Shown here: positions 10,501-19,302 of the stretch, in pieces
Layout of the letters: each line of letters opens with the position of its first letter
How positions within the stretch are numbered: position 1 is the stretch's first letter
NCBI GenBank assembly: GCA_030040995.1
Contig: JASHOS010000198.1
Location: forward strand, 838-64,837
Origin: Terriglobia bacterium
Lineage (GTDB): Bacteria > Acidobacteriota > Terriglobia > UBA7540
Reading direction: 5' to 3'
Length of the DNA: 64,000 nucleotides
Made by a program: the position numbers and the translations under genes
The notes under the pieces: generated by a model
Told to the model about the DNA's origin: nothing
Databases searched by the model: none
What the model saw: the letters and a program-made list of their open reading frames with translations, nothing else

Positions 10501-11241
10501 GGCGATCGCATCAACAGGAGGCCGGACAACATAAGCCGTCCCGTTCAGAAAATCTACGAGGTTGGCGTTGTCATCAATCCCATCGAGCAGATAATTGTTT
10601 TGAGCGGGCCTTGAGCCGTTCGCCGAAAAGCTTCCGCTTGCGCCCAAGCCCCGCGTATCCTCTTGACCCTGGGTCACGCCGGCGGAAAGCTGAGCGAGAA
10701 AAGTGTAGTTGCGCCCGTTGAGGGGAAGATTGTTGATCTGCTGGCTTCCAATGACCTGCCCTACGGAAGCGTTCTCCGTCTGAAGTTGAGGCGCCGTCCC
10801 GGTCACCTGAACCGTTTGAGTCACCTGGCCAGCGGGCAGCATGAAGTTGACCAGGACCTGTTGCTGGACGTTCACCGCCACGTGCGAGCGGATAACTTTC
10901 TCGAAGCCTTGAAAGCGCGCTTCGACCGCGTAGGTCCCAATCTTCACCGGGCTAAACGTAAAGTTCCCGCTTGCATCGGTCTTCGTCGTCAGCAGAAGAC
11001 CGGTCTGCTCATCTCTTAACGTGACGGTAGCTCGCGGAATCACCGCGCCAGATTGGTCCCTTACCGTCCCGACGATTGCACCCATGTCCGCCTGAGCGTA
11101 GAGCGGCGGGACCATGGAATTAACAATGAAGATGAGGCATGCAGCGATTACGGCAATGGATGATCGTCTGATCCCCTGGGTCGCTTCGGAGGCATCCATA
11201 CACAACACCTCGAAATAAATCAAATTGATGCGAAAGATCAT
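7546..11241 (-). CDS. TonB-dependent receptor with N-terminal CarboxypepD_reg domain
   Basis: 1231-aa ORF. GTVRDQSGAVIPRATVTL..., plug region, and C-terminal beta-barrel ending QFALKFYW. The true start may be M15 (11199). Confidence 0.9.
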   Translation of the reverse strand: MIFRINLIYFEVLCMDASEATQGIRRSSIAVIAACLIFIVNSMVPPLYAQADMGAIVGTVRDQSGAVIPRATVTLRDEQTGLLLTTKTDASGNFTFSPVKIGTYAVEARFQGFEKVIRSHVAVNVQQQVLVNFMLPAGQVTQTVQVTGTAPQLQTENASVGQVIGSQQINNLPLNGRNYTFLAQLSAGVTQGQEDTRGLGASGSFSANGSRPAQNNYLLDGIDDNANLVDFLNGTAYVVRPPVDAIAEFKVQTSDYSAEMGRSAGAVLNATVKSGTNQLHGDTWEFLRNDAFDAANFFENSGNEQKGEYRQNQFGATLGGPIRKNKTFFFMDYEGTRIRQAIPWVSTVPTDLERSSGYTDLSQLLTQGGTQTDVLGRSFPLGSVFDPSTTRAVYCGVADPVTSLMPSSSACPSGTTGGSLAGYVREPFAGNILPASRLDQDGIKLLNLFPAPTSSGLFDNYSSDPISRNNVDQFDVRVDNNFSDHDQMFGRFSYSNEPQYLPGPFTGYADGGAFQDGYQTALSINSVLGETHSFSPTTINEARLGFTRIGASRLQPFATQTNNIPGDYGISGIPQAPDNGGLGSIFFEGLSTLGSNEYLPSVEYSTTWQATDDATKIQGNQTFKTGFEFQRLDFAILQPPAGRGTWSFDGVFTEVPDESGGNTGLAQMLLTPIPATVPGGFNDVGGADSINVSNFSNTDMARDYYAAYFQDNWKATSKLTLNLGVRWEYFGQIVEQFGAQSNFLPAGPGGPAQFLLTQQRCNTPLSPDFVTAAKADNINISCSSVPGLGNSQLTNFAPRVGFAYQLTPKLVARGGYGMFYGGFENSTIETYVDFPFQYTLTYTALTAAQPITYANGALGTLGTGLSPLIPLTSADAEPAGVSFTGEDYHMKTPYTEDYNFTLQDQLTPNQTLQLGYVGNSVRHLGSYINPNSPDELLPPSYNSLSYSPYSDFSPSDTYSTFATDSYYNSLQATYERRFSHGLNALADFTWSKCRTDAVDVLNATSLTGYRAALLPGFGVQGDYGLCDFNIAKVAHFSGGYDLPVGNGRYFLRNTHGLVDGLFGGWETNWILTLQDGMPFTVPCIITTAAGFGCDALMVSGQNLYAGPHDVNQWMNPAAFTTPPVVTAVGQTNYAPLGGAPSQLVGPGFHRLDFSLFKEFKTSERTRLEFRAEFFNLTNTPNFAAPGFSGNGVTAAPGSLDYTSPSTFGVISSTRDLQNDQREIQFALKFYW

Positions 11242-11272
11242 AACGTAAGAATTTCACCGCGTCAACCAAAGG

Positions 11273-11316
11273 TGGTCAGCTTACGGCCATCAGCGGTCAG
11301 CAGTCGGCAGTTCAGC
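11273..11316. repeat. Degenerate heptanucleotide array (nnTCAGC period 7)
   Basis: ggtcagc ttacggc catcagc ggtcagc agtcggc agttcagc, just upstream of the TonB receptor start. Confidence 0.4.
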
Positions 11317-11360
11317 ATTTCCGCGCACTGCTTGGCCGCTTAATCACAGCGGCGACCGGT

Positions 11361-11418
11361 GTAGCGCCGACCTTCAGGTCGGCATCTGGCGAGCTGCCGG
11401 GCTGAAGCCCAGCGCTAC
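11361..11418. repeat. REPIN-like doublet, family A
   Basis: GTAGCGCCGACCttcaGGTCGGC ... GCCGGGCtgaaGCCCAGCGCTAC: two inverted GTAG-headed hairpins. Confidence 0.75.
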
Positions 11419-11608
11419 GAGATCGAAACTGACGTATTACGGTATATGCCGATAATGTTCTTGCACGTCTTCTTGCGGCTATGCGAAACTGGGTGATTCC
11501 AGCGTCGAAACTAAAAGAAAGATTATGAAAGAGACCTGGAGTGCCCGGCTGTAAACAAGGGGAACGCCAGAGGCTGGCCGGTGTGCTTACCGCGGCCAAA
11601 GCCCGAAA

Positions 11609-12403
11609 ATGGAGAATGCAGACCAAGGTAGCCGGGCGCAGATCCTGAACGAGGAGCGGCGCCGCGCCATCGTTGACTTGGTCAACCGTGACGGCCGGGC
11701 GCTCGTTCGGAACCTGGCAAAAGCATTCGCCATCTCTCAGGTAACCATCCGGCAAGACCTTGAAGTTCTAAACCACCGGGGCCTTTTGCACCGGACCCAC
11801 GGAGGCGCTCTTCCCGTTCGGTCCGCCGCAATTCTTGATCCAAGCCTTCACGAAAAGGAAAAGCTTAACCGGAAAGAGAAACTGCGGATTTCAGCCGCCG
11901 CGGCTCGTCTCGTGAAAGAAAAGCAATGCGTCGTCCTGGATTCGGGAAGCACCACGACGGCAACGGCGCGCGCTTTGCGGCAACTGCGCCAACTAACTAT
12001 TATTACCAATGCCGTGAATATTGCCGCAGAGCTTGCCGGCAGCGCGGTTGAAGTGATCCTGACGGGCGGCAACCTCCGCGAAAATTCTTTCTCGCTGGTT
12101 GGTCCTCTCGCCGAGGATACTCTGCGGCGCCTGAGCGCGGACGTCCTGTTCTTGGGGGTCGACGGCTTTGACATCCATTTTGGCCTTACCACTCCCAATC
12201 TTCTGGAGGCGAAAGTCAATCAGGTTATGATGAGCATCGCCAGGCGGACGGTAGTGGTGTGCGACTCGAGTAAGTTCGGCTCGCGAAGCCTTTCCTTAAT
12301 CGCTCCACCTTCAGCCATTCACGAAGTGATTACGGACCGGGGAATTTCCAAACAGGATTTAAAGGAGCTGCAGGAAGCCGGCATCCAGGTGATGCTCGTC
12401 TGA
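11609..12403 (+). CDS. DeoR/GlpR family transcriptional regulator
   Basis: 264 aa. N-terminal wHTH (RRRAIVDLVNRDGRALVRNLAKAFAISQVTIRQDLEVL) plus a DeoR C-terminal sugar-phosphate sensor domain. Confidence 0.9.
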   Translation: MENADQGSRAQILNEERRRAIVDLVNRDGRALVRNLAKAFAISQVTIRQDLEVLNHRGLLHRTHGGALPVRSAAILDPSLHEKEKLNRKEKLRISAAAARLVKEKQCVVLDSGSTTTATARALRQLRQLTIITNAVNIAAELAGSAVEVILTGGNLRENSFSLVGPLAEDTLRRLSADVLFLGVDGFDIHFGLTTPNLLEAKVNQVMMSIARRTVVVCDSSKFGSRSLSLIAPPSAIHEVITDRGISKQDLKELQEAGIQVMLV

Positions 12404-12425
12404 GTAATGCCTCAGTTTCGGGAGC

Positions 12426-12478
12426 GTAGAGGCGGCTTTAGGCCGCTATTCTGTTTGACGGGGTGAATCCGCCGCTAC
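12426..12478. repeat. REPIN-like doublet, family B
   Basis: GTAGAGGCGGCtttagGCCGCt...GGGGtgaatCCGCCGCTAC. Confidence 0.75.
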
Positions 12479-12517
12479 AATTGCGCCCGAAACTGAGGCG
12501 CTACGTCTGAGGTTCTT

Positions 12518-13597
12518 ATGCCTGATGAGTCCAAAGCGCCCGGAGCGTATACGGAAGCGGAGATCCTGTCCGCGCCCCGTTCCTGGAGGGAAAGCCTGGA
12601 GGCGCTCGAAAGTGACGGAGAGGTGCAACGGATACTCCGCACGTTTTCGTCGCAGCGAAAATGGCTGTTCGTAGGTTGCGGTTCCAGCTACTATCTCGCC
12701 TTGGCCGCCGCGGCAAGCTGGACAGCTTTGACGGGCTTCACGGCGCGCGCCGTACCGGCCTCGGAGCTTCTTTTGTTCCCAGCGCTTATTCTGAAGGGAG
12801 GCTCTGCCTGGCAACCCGTGCTCATCTCACGTTCGGGCCGCACCTCTGAAGTCTTGCAGGCGGCCGGGCGTCTTAAGTCAGACGGAGCGTCCGCCATTGC
12901 TTTTACCTGCTCTCAAGGCCAGCCGCTGGAAGCGCTGTGCGCGGCGACTGTCTGCTTGCCGGCGGCAGACGAGCAGAGCACCGTCATGACGCGCTCTTTC
13001 ACTTCCATGCTCCTTGGCTTGCAATTCCTGGGAGCCAAACTGGCGGGCAACACCAATTTTCTTGATTCGCTGGCCAAGCTTCCCGCCGCGGTTCAGGCGC
13101 CGTTGAATACGGTTGCGTCGCGCGTTCAGGCGTTTTCCCGGTCGCGCGACTTTGCGGATTACGCCTGCCTGGGACAGGGCCCCTACTACGGTTTGGCCTG
13201 CGAGGCTGCGCTTAAAGTGCAGGAAATGTCGTGCTCTTATGCCCAGGCATTCCATACTCTGGAGTTCCGCCACGGCCCCAAAGCTGTAACCAGCCCCGAA
13301 ACGCTGATCGTCTTTCTGATGTCCCAATCCGGGTTTGAGGCCGAGCGGGAGTTGCTGGAGGAAGTCAAGAGTCTGGGAGGAAGCACGCTGGCTATTGCCA
13401 ACGAAGCGGATGAACGAACGCGGCGCGCCTCGGATCTACTGATTCAGCTCAGCCTGGATGGCGATGAATATTCCCGCCTGGCGGCTTCGATTGTACCGGG
13501 CCAACTGCTGGGCCTTTATACGGGCCTGAAAAAGGGGCTTGACCCTGACCGCCCGCGCCATCTTAGCCGCGCCGTCATTCTGGCGCAGGGGAGTTAA
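12518..13597 (+). CDS. SIS-domain sugar-phosphate isomerase/deaminase (GlmS isomerase-domain-like; NagB-II / AgaS / FrlB class)
   Basis: 359 aa with two SIS repeats (FVGCGSSYYLA..., LGQGPYYGLACEAALKVQEMS). Confidence 0.85.
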   Translation: MPDESKAPGAYTEAEILSAPRSWRESLEALESDGEVQRILRTFSSQRKWLFVGCGSSYYLALAAAASWTALTGFTARAVPASELLLFPALILKGGSAWQPVLISRSGRTSEVLQAAGRLKSDGASAIAFTCSQGQPLEALCAATVCLPAADEQSTVMTRSFTSMLLGLQFLGAKLAGNTNFLDSLAKLPAAVQAPLNTVASRVQAFSRSRDFADYACLGQGPYYGLACEAALKVQEMSCSYAQAFHTLEFRHGPKAVTSPETLIVFLMSQSGFEAERELLEEVKSLGGSTLAIANEADERTRRASDLLIQLSLDGDEYSRLAASIVPGQLLGLYTGLKKGLDPDRPRHLSRAVILAQGS

Positions 13598-13603
13598 GCG
13601 GCC

Positions 13604-14572
13604 TTGTCGGCACTTCCGCGCTTCGATGTTACCGTAGTTGGCGAACTCAACCTCGATCTCATTCTCTATGGGCTTCCCCGCGACCTGCCTCCGGAACGTG
13701 AGATCCTCGCGAACCAGCTCAAGCTCACGCTCGGTAGCTCCTCAGCGATTTTTGCTCATAACTTAGCGGCGCTCGGCGCTCGCGTGGGATTCATTTCGCG
13801 TATCGCCGATGACTCGCTGGGCGGGATCAGCATCGAGCGCCTTCGGGCGAGCGGCGCCGATGTTTCAAAAGTTAAGAAGGTGAGCGGACCAACAGCGACA
13901 GGGCTGACGGTGATCCTTCAGCATCCGGATGGCCGCAACATATTGACCTATCCGGGCGCCATGTTTGAGATGTGTTTCGAGGACCTGGACCTGGATTACC
14001 TCGTCTCGTCCCGCCATTTCCACCTCTCTTCATTCTTTCTGCATCGCGCCCTTCTGCCCCATATCCCCGCGCTCTTCGCTAAGATGAAAGACGCGGGACT
14101 GACCACTTCGCTAGATATCAATGACGATCCGGATGACCGCTGGGATTCAGGAGTTTGGGAGGCGCTGCGCTTTGTGGATATTTTCTTCCTGAACGAGCGG
14201 GAGCTGAAAAAGCTTACCGGGTCGGCGGACCTTGATTCGGGCGTTGAACGCGTGGCGCGGCAGGTCCCGTTGCTGGTTGTAAAGCTTGGCGCGGGAGGTG
14301 CCCTGCTGCGGCATCGAGGAAAACAATTGCGCAACCCTGCCGTCAAAGTTCCGGTGATGGATTTAGTCGGAGCAGGTGACAGCTTCGACGCCGGCTTTAT
14401 TTACCAGTTTCTCCACGGATCGGACCTCCCGGCCTGCCTTGAATACGCGAACATCACAGGAGCGCTTTGCGCGACGCAGCCTGGAGGAACCGAAGCTTTC
14501 CGCGAGCCTGAATATCTGTCAGGCTTTCTTGCCCGGCATTGGCGCCTGAACGCTGGTATAGAGCTTCGTTGA
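13604..14572 (+). CDS. PfkB-family carbohydrate kinase
   Basis: 322 aa, TTG start. Ribokinase-like motifs, including the C-terminal DLVGAGDSFDAGFI anion-hole/ATP motif. Confidence 0.85.
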   Translation: MSALPRFDVTVVGELNLDLILYGLPRDLPPEREILANQLKLTLGSSSAIFAHNLAALGARVGFISRIADDSLGGISIERLRASGADVSKVKKVSGPTATGLTVILQHPDGRNILTYPGAMFEMCFEDLDLDYLVSSRHFHLSSFFLHRALLPHIPALFAKMKDAGLTTSLDINDDPDDRWDSGVWEALRFVDIFFLNERELKKLTGSADLDSGVERVARQVPLLVVKLGAGGALLRHRGKQLRNPAVKVPVMDLVGAGDSFDAGFIYQFLHGSDLPACLEYANITGALCATQPGGTEAFREPEYLSGFLARHWRLNAGIELR

Positions 14573-14580
14573 ATGACACC

Positions 14581-15429
14581 ATGATTGATTTTCATACTCA
14601 CCCCGTACTCATCCGCGAGTTCGTCGAGAAGTACCCTAACTACCGGCGAATGGCCCGCGAGGTGTTTCAGATTGGTAACAACTTTCAGCCGCTCGAGACG
14701 TTCCTTTTGCAGATGGACGTGGCGGGAATCAACCGGGCCGTGCTCTTGCCAATAGATTGCGCGCGCGCGCGGGGGGACGCGGTAAGCTCGAACGAGCAGG
14801 TGGCCGAACTGTGCTCTCAAAGCGCGCGCTTCATCGGCTTTTCGAGCGTCGATCCGCTCAAGGAGGGCGCCGCGCGAGAGCTGGAGCAGAGCGTTCGGCA
14901 CATGGGACTCAAAGGACTCAAACTTGATCCTGCACTTCAGGATTTCCAGCCCGGCGATACCCGGGCGTTTTCCCTCTACGAGGCGGCTGCGGCGCTCCGA
15001 ATTCCGGTGCTCATCCATACGGGTATGAGCTGGGCTCCGGGAACGGCGCTGGAGCTGGGGCAGCCCTTGCTGCTCGAGCCCGCCATCCGGCGTTTTCCCG
15101 GGCTTAACTTCATCCTCGCCCACTTCGCCTGGCCCTGGGTGTGGGAAGCCACCGCGCTGGCCCTCAAGTATCCCAATGTTTACCTGGACACCTCCTGTCT
15201 CTATTACGACAGCCCGAAAGAGTTTTTCCAATTTGTATTTTCAAAGCAGATTCCCACCACCGTGATCGAGCGGAGCTTGCGCAATAAGATCGTTTTTGGG
15301 TCGAATTATCCGCGGGTGGAAATCAAAAACATGGTCCACGCGTTAAACACGCTGGGCTTAACAGAAGGGTTTTTGAACAAGGTGTTTAGAGAAAACCCCG
15401 AAAGGCTTTTGGCGGCAGCAACGGCTTGA
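14581..15429 (+). CDS. Amidohydrolase-2 type metal-dependent TIM-barrel hydrolase
   Basis: MIDFHTHP... start at ATG 14581, inside track ORF 14539..15429. Also VLIHTG and ILAHFAWPW motifs. Confidence 0.8.
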   Translation: MIDFHTHPVLIREFVEKYPNYRRMAREVFQIGNNFQPLETFLLQMDVAGINRAVLLPIDCARARGDAVSSNEQVAELCSQSARFIGFSSVDPLKEGAARELEQSVRHMGLKGLKLDPALQDFQPGDTRAFSLYEAAAALRIPVLIHTGMSWAPGTALELGQPLLLEPAIRRFPGLNFILAHFAWPWVWEATALALKYPNVYLDTSCLYYDSPKEFFQFVFSKQIPTTVIERSLRNKIVFGSNYPRVEIKNMVHALNTLGLTEGFLNKVFRENPERLLAAATA

Positions 15430-15473
15430 GATCCAGTCCACAGATTACGCAGATTGCGCTGATTGGCGCAATT

Positions 15474-15526
15474 GTAGCGGCGGGTTTACCCCGCCACGCA
15501 AGATGGCGGCACAAAGCCGCCTCTAC
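15474..15526. repeat. REPIN-like doublet, family B (inverted relative to 12426)
   Basis: GTAGCGGCGGGtttacCCCGCC...GGCGGCacaaaGCCGCCTCTAC. Confidence 0.75.
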
Positions 15527-15597
15527 GCACCCGAAAACTGAGGGATTACGCGGAATCTGCGGATCTTATGGAAGGATAGGAAGGTGCGGGCAGGGCG

Positions 15598-16032
15598 ATG
15601 ATCATCAAACTGGTTCGCCTCAAAATCCAGAGTCGTAAGTCCGAAGACGCAATTAACATCACGGCGCAGGTTGAGGAAGCCGTAAAAAATAGCGGCGTCA
15701 GGAACGGCCTCGTGAACATCCTCACTGCGCACACCTCATCCGGTCTTCTTGTCACCGAAGGCATTCCTTGCCTTGAAGAGGACATTCTTACCCACCTTGC
15801 GCGCCTCGTCCCGGAGGACGAAAGCTACCATCACCGGCGCTACCTTGACTACGACGGCCGCCTCGGATTCAACGCCGACGCGCACCTCAAGAGTATCCTG
15901 GGCGGAATTCATTGCATGTTCCCCATCGAAAACGGCGAGTTGGTAAGAGGCTCGCGCCAGACGGTCTACTTCATGGAGTACGACGGTCCCCTAGAGAGAA
16001 CCTGCATGGTGCAAGTGATGGGGGAGGCGTAA
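15598..16032 (+). CDS. YjbQ/UPF0047 family protein (secondary thiamine-phosphate synthase-like)
   Basis: 144 aa. Pattern INITAQVEEAV...GLVNILTAHTSSGL...HLKSILGG typical of the family. Confidence 0.8.
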   Translation: MIIKLVRLKIQSRKSEDAINITAQVEEAVKNSGVRNGLVNILTAHTSSGLLVTEGIPCLEEDILTHLARLVPEDESYHHRRYLDYDGRLGFNADAHLKSILGGIHCMFPIENGELVRGSRQTVYFMEYDGPLERTCMVQVMGEA

Positions 16033-16118
16033 GTTCATTGTCGTGCTGTGTCTGCAAATCAAGCAACCGCAGACATGTAAGCACGTCTGCCACCCATCCA
16101 CGTCCGTTGACAGGTTCC

Positions 16119-16412
16119 CTAACGCGACAGCCACCGCTTCGGGCTGCGCTTGCCGTGGAAACAGGCAATCACCAGAATCCTGTGTTCCTGAACTTCGAAG
16201 AATATCCCGTAAGGGAACCGCCGCACTCCGGCCCGACGCCGATTCCGGTACACTGCCGCGAACTGTAGCGGATTTTGGCGAATCGCCTCAACCGTGGCTT
16301 CGACCGCCAAGGCGAACCGCTCCCCAAGTTCCGCGCGTATGTCGTCGTGCCAGTCCCGCGCTTCTTTCAAGTCCGCGGCCGCCTCCGGCATCCAGACCAC
16401 CGGCAGCGTCAC
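16119..16412 (-). CDS. RelE/ParE-family type II toxin
   Basis: 97 aa. Has ...FPYGIFFEVQEHRILVIACFHGKRSP. Overlaps the upstream antitoxin ORF by 4 nt. Confidence 0.85.
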   Translation of the reverse strand: MTLPVVWMPEAAADLKEARDWHDDIRAELGERFALAVEATVEAIRQNPLQFAAVYRNRRRAGVRRFPYGIFFEVQEHRILVIACFHGKRSPKRWLSR

Positions 16413-16615
16413 GGCTTCTTAAACAGGCCCGCCCTGACTTGCTCCCACGGGATCACATCGGAAGGATTTTGCTCATGCCGGGCCATGCGGTAATCAAGCT
16501 CCCGGCGCTGCGCTTCCGTCAACGGTTCGGCTTCCAGGCTTTGCCACACTGCGTCTAGCAGGTCCGCCTTCTCCGCGGCCGAAAGACCTTCTATCTGACT
16601 TTTCAAATCGCTCAT
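16409..16615 (-). CDS. Addiction-module antitoxin (putative addiction module component family)
   Basis: 68 aa. LSAAEKADLLDAVWQSLE...PLTEAQRRELDYRMARHEQNP. Confidence 0.8.
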   Translation of the reverse strand: MSDLKSQIEGLSAAEKADLLDAVWQSLEAEPLTEAQRRELDYRMARHEQNPSDVIPWEQVRAGLFKKP

Positions 16616-16835
16616 CTGCCTACAACCTTAGCGCCGGCTCTCCGTATTGGCAAGGCCAACCTGCCGCTGTCATACCGCCGCCCTCGGCCCGGTTGGCGGG
16701 AAGCCCTTCGCCGGCTGCCCCTACCCGCGAAATGCACCCGCGGCCGCAGACTCATGGCGGGCCCACCTCCGCCTAAGAGCCGGACTTTCAGCGAGGGCGC
16801 CACGATCATTAGTTCCTGGCGAGCGCAATTTTAGT

Positions 16836-18260
16836 TCAACGCGGGAGTCCGGCGGGTGGAGGCGACGGAGCTTGCGTCTTGAGTTGGAAAACAGGGTGTT
16901 GCAAGGTGCCGGTGACGACAAACGGAACGTCGATTTTATGGCCGTGAAAAGTGCCGCCCGAAAGGCGCGCCAGAAGGCTCGAAAGCGGATTCGGGCGCGC
17001 CGCAATCCCCGCCAACCCGTCCAACTGGAGCTGGTCCTGCGAGGCAAGGTTCACGCTGGCAGAACCATCCAGCGTGATGCCGCGGCCGATGGCGCGGAAA
17101 CGTGATATTTCGAGGAGGCCGTCGCGGAGCTGCCAGACCGCGGAAACGGACGAAAAAGCAGAAAGATCACCTGAAACCGGTCCGAGTTGGGCGAGATGCG
17201 CGAGAGCAAGAACCGTCTGATCGAGCCGAAGCTTGGGCCATCTTCCCTTCCGGACAATAAGCTCGCCTTCGCCCTGCTCGTCGGCCCACCGGTCTGCAGA
17301 AGCAGCCGTGCCCCCGGAAAACGTGATCCGGCCATCCATCGTGCCCGTCATCTGCCCGCGCAGCGCGGGGACTTCTGCCAAGAATTTTTCAACGTTAACG
17401 CCGCTCAAGTGGGCCTGAGCTTGATAGCTAGCGCCTGGAAGATTCATGCTGCCAGTTCCGGTTGCACGCCCACCATAGAAATCAAACTGCACGCCGTTGA
17501 AGCTGAGACGCGCAGGCGTTGCGTGGACGCCGGCCTCTACGTGAGTTGCCAGGAAATTCCCAAACCAAATGGCCGCCGCCCTCAATTTTCCGGATGAGCT
17601 GCTGGCACGGACCCTCACAACTGACTTGCCCGGCGCGGCTCGCGCGGACGGGGCTACAGGCAAAGCCGTCCATTCAGGTATATCGATTTGATCGAGATTC
17701 GCAGTGAGCCCGTCGCACCGGAAAATAGGACGCCCGCTCGCGCCGTCCGGCAGCAACCTTTCAATCTCGATTTGCCCTCCGATCAACATCAGGTTTGAAA
17801 CTTTGCGGAATACGAAAGGCGGGGGATCGTTGGACGGAACGGGCACTCGAACAGCCGGAGGGACAGCTTGAAAATTCCAGCTTCCCTGCGGGCCGAAATA
17901 GAGGTTCAGGACCGCGCCTTTCAATTCGAGAGCTCGAATAACTACTTGCCGCCTGAACAATGCACCCGCGTCCAGCCGCGCGTCAATACTCTTGACGGTA
18001 ACCCAATTCCCATTCGGAAACCCGGGCGGATTGACGAGCGCGAATTGATCCACTTCAATCCTGAAGACCGGAAGGAGACTCAGTTGGAGACGGCCAATTG
18101 CCACGCGCCGGCCAGTTTGCTGCTCGATATACGAGATAATCTCCGGGCGATAGCGATCGATCTGAACAACGCGCGGCGCGATGAATACCACCGCAACCAG
18201 AAATCCGGCGACGACCGCGAGAAGGGCGAGGCTGAGTTTCCTCTTAGTACCGAACATCAA
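16836..18260 (-). CDS. AsmA-family outer-membrane biogenesis protein
   Basis: 474 aa. N-terminal TM anchor, then an AsmA-like repeat architecture (IDRYRPEIISYIEQQTGRRVAIGRLQLSL...). Confidence 0.7.
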   Translation of the reverse strand: MMFGTKRKLSLALLAVVAGFLVAVVFIAPRVVQIDRYRPEIISYIEQQTGRRVAIGRLQLSLLPVFRIEVDQFALVNPPGFPNGNWVTVKSIDARLDAGALFRRQVVIRALELKGAVLNLYFGPQGSWNFQAVPPAVRVPVPSNDPPPFVFRKVSNLMLIGGQIEIERLLPDGASGRPIFRCDGLTANLDQIDIPEWTALPVAPSARAAPGKSVVRVRASSSSGKLRAAAIWFGNFLATHVEAGVHATPARLSFNGVQFDFYGGRATGTGSMNLPGASYQAQAHLSGVNVEKFLAEVPALRGQMTGTMDGRITFSGGTAASADRWADEQGEGELIVRKGRWPKLRLDQTVLALAHLAQLGPVSGDLSAFSSVSAVWQLRDGLLEISRFRAIGRGITLDGSASVNLASQDQLQLDGLAGIAARPNPLSSLLARLSGGTFHGHKIDVPFVVTGTLQHPVFQLKTQAPSPPPAGLPR

Positions 18261-18395
18261 ATTTCCGAATGCGTCGTATCAGGGCGCGATCCTGCCCTGT
18301 GGGTTCGTGCCGCTGGAGTTTCTACATTTCGGAAGCGGCGGAACGCGCGTTTTATGGGGTGGCGACTTGGGTTGTGCCTCAGAGCTCGCAAACCT

Positions 18396-18650
18396 GGAGG
18401 CCCGAAGGGCCGCTCTATCACAGCCCTGGGCAGCGCCCAAGGAATCGGGTCTACGTTGCGAAAACGAGCCCTGAAAGGGCGACCCCAAGCGCCCTCAATT
18501 CCACGCGCACCGTTCGTACCTGACCTCGTAACTGCGAGCATCTGCGATGGTACGTCCTTTCAGGGCTTCAGCTATACAGACCATCATGCCCTTGACCCAG
18601 GCCGACTGGTCCCGCAGGGCGGGACTGCGATAGAGCGCCGCTTCGCGGCT
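18396..18650. mobile_element. MITE-like element of about 255 bp, family E copy 1
   Basis: Imperfect terminal inverted repeats of about 33 bp (ggaggcccgaagggccgctctatcacagccctgg / cgcagggcgggactgcgatagagcgccgcttcgcggct). No ORF. An inverted second copy lies at 51162..51426. Confidence 0.7.
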
Positions 18651-18848
18651 AAGAATGTAGAGGTAAGCGTCTTGCCACTTTGTTCCAAACGTTTTCGCCT
18701 TTTTCGTCGTTCGGGGCGTCTGGGAGAACCTTTACCCGGTTGTTCCACCAAGGGTAAGCGGCCGGCGCCAAGTGGCCCCCATCTTGCAACTTCTCAAAAC
18801 CTTTGCGGCTAGCGGTTAATTCCGCCGGGCCGAAAAGGGGACAATAGT

Positions 18849-19070
18849 ATGAAGAATATTGAAGACGTCGAATTTGACAACGACTTTATAGCCCTGGTGC
18901 CGCTCGCCCAGGCGGTGCTGTGCGTAGACTGCGAGCGCATCTCGCAGCAGAGCGGCGGGCATTGCTGCGCGGGATGTGGAAGCACACACATGATTAACCT
19001 GGCCGCTGTATTGAACCCTGTTGACCGGCAGCGTAAACGAGCCGAAGTGACGCTATTGAGCTGCGCATAA
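18849..19070 (+). CDS. Small Cys-rich (CxxC...CxxC zinc-ribbon-like) hypothetical protein
   Basis: 73 aa. CVDCERI...CCAGCGSTH. A purine-rich aaaagggga lies upstream of the ATG. Confidence 0.45.
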   Translation: MKNIEDVEFDNDFIALVPLAQAVLCVDCERISQQSGGHCCAGCGSTHMINLAAVLNPVDRQRKRAEVTLLSCA

Positions 19071-19073
19071 AGC

Positions 19074-19126
19074 GTAGAGGCGGCTTTATGCCGCCACTCT
19101 GCATGGTGGGATAAACCCACCGCTAC
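19074..19126. repeat. REPIN-like doublet, family B
   Basis: GTAGAGGCGGCtttatGCCGCC...GGTGGGataaaCCCACCGCTAC. Confidence 0.75.
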
Positions 19127-19302
19127 AATTCCGTCCACAACTGCGGCATTGCCGGTCAATTCGCTTTCGAATTGACCGTGGGCTTGTATTTCGCAAAACA
19201 GCCACGGTCAACCGAACGCACTGGCCATATCTACCAGTCTACCCCGATCCCACATTCACCAATAATCCGCGCTAAGATGTAATCTCCTCATAAGCGCGGC
19301 TC

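Noticed and set aside
14401-15231. A 276-aa minus-strand ORF. Similar long antisense ORFs occur at 19301..19960, 19834..20565, 28835..29470 and 56052..56870.
   Set aside because: All are antisense to well-supported genes and have the Arg/Pro/Gly-rich shadow composition typical of high-GC DNA.
19172-19212. A 10-bp perfect inverted repeat TTGACCGTGG...CCACGGTCAA upstream of the M24 peptidase gene, as a possible riboswitch or operator.
   Set aside because: It is a single hairpin with no T-tract and no recognisable riboswitch core. It could be a protein-binding site, but nothing supports a specific call.
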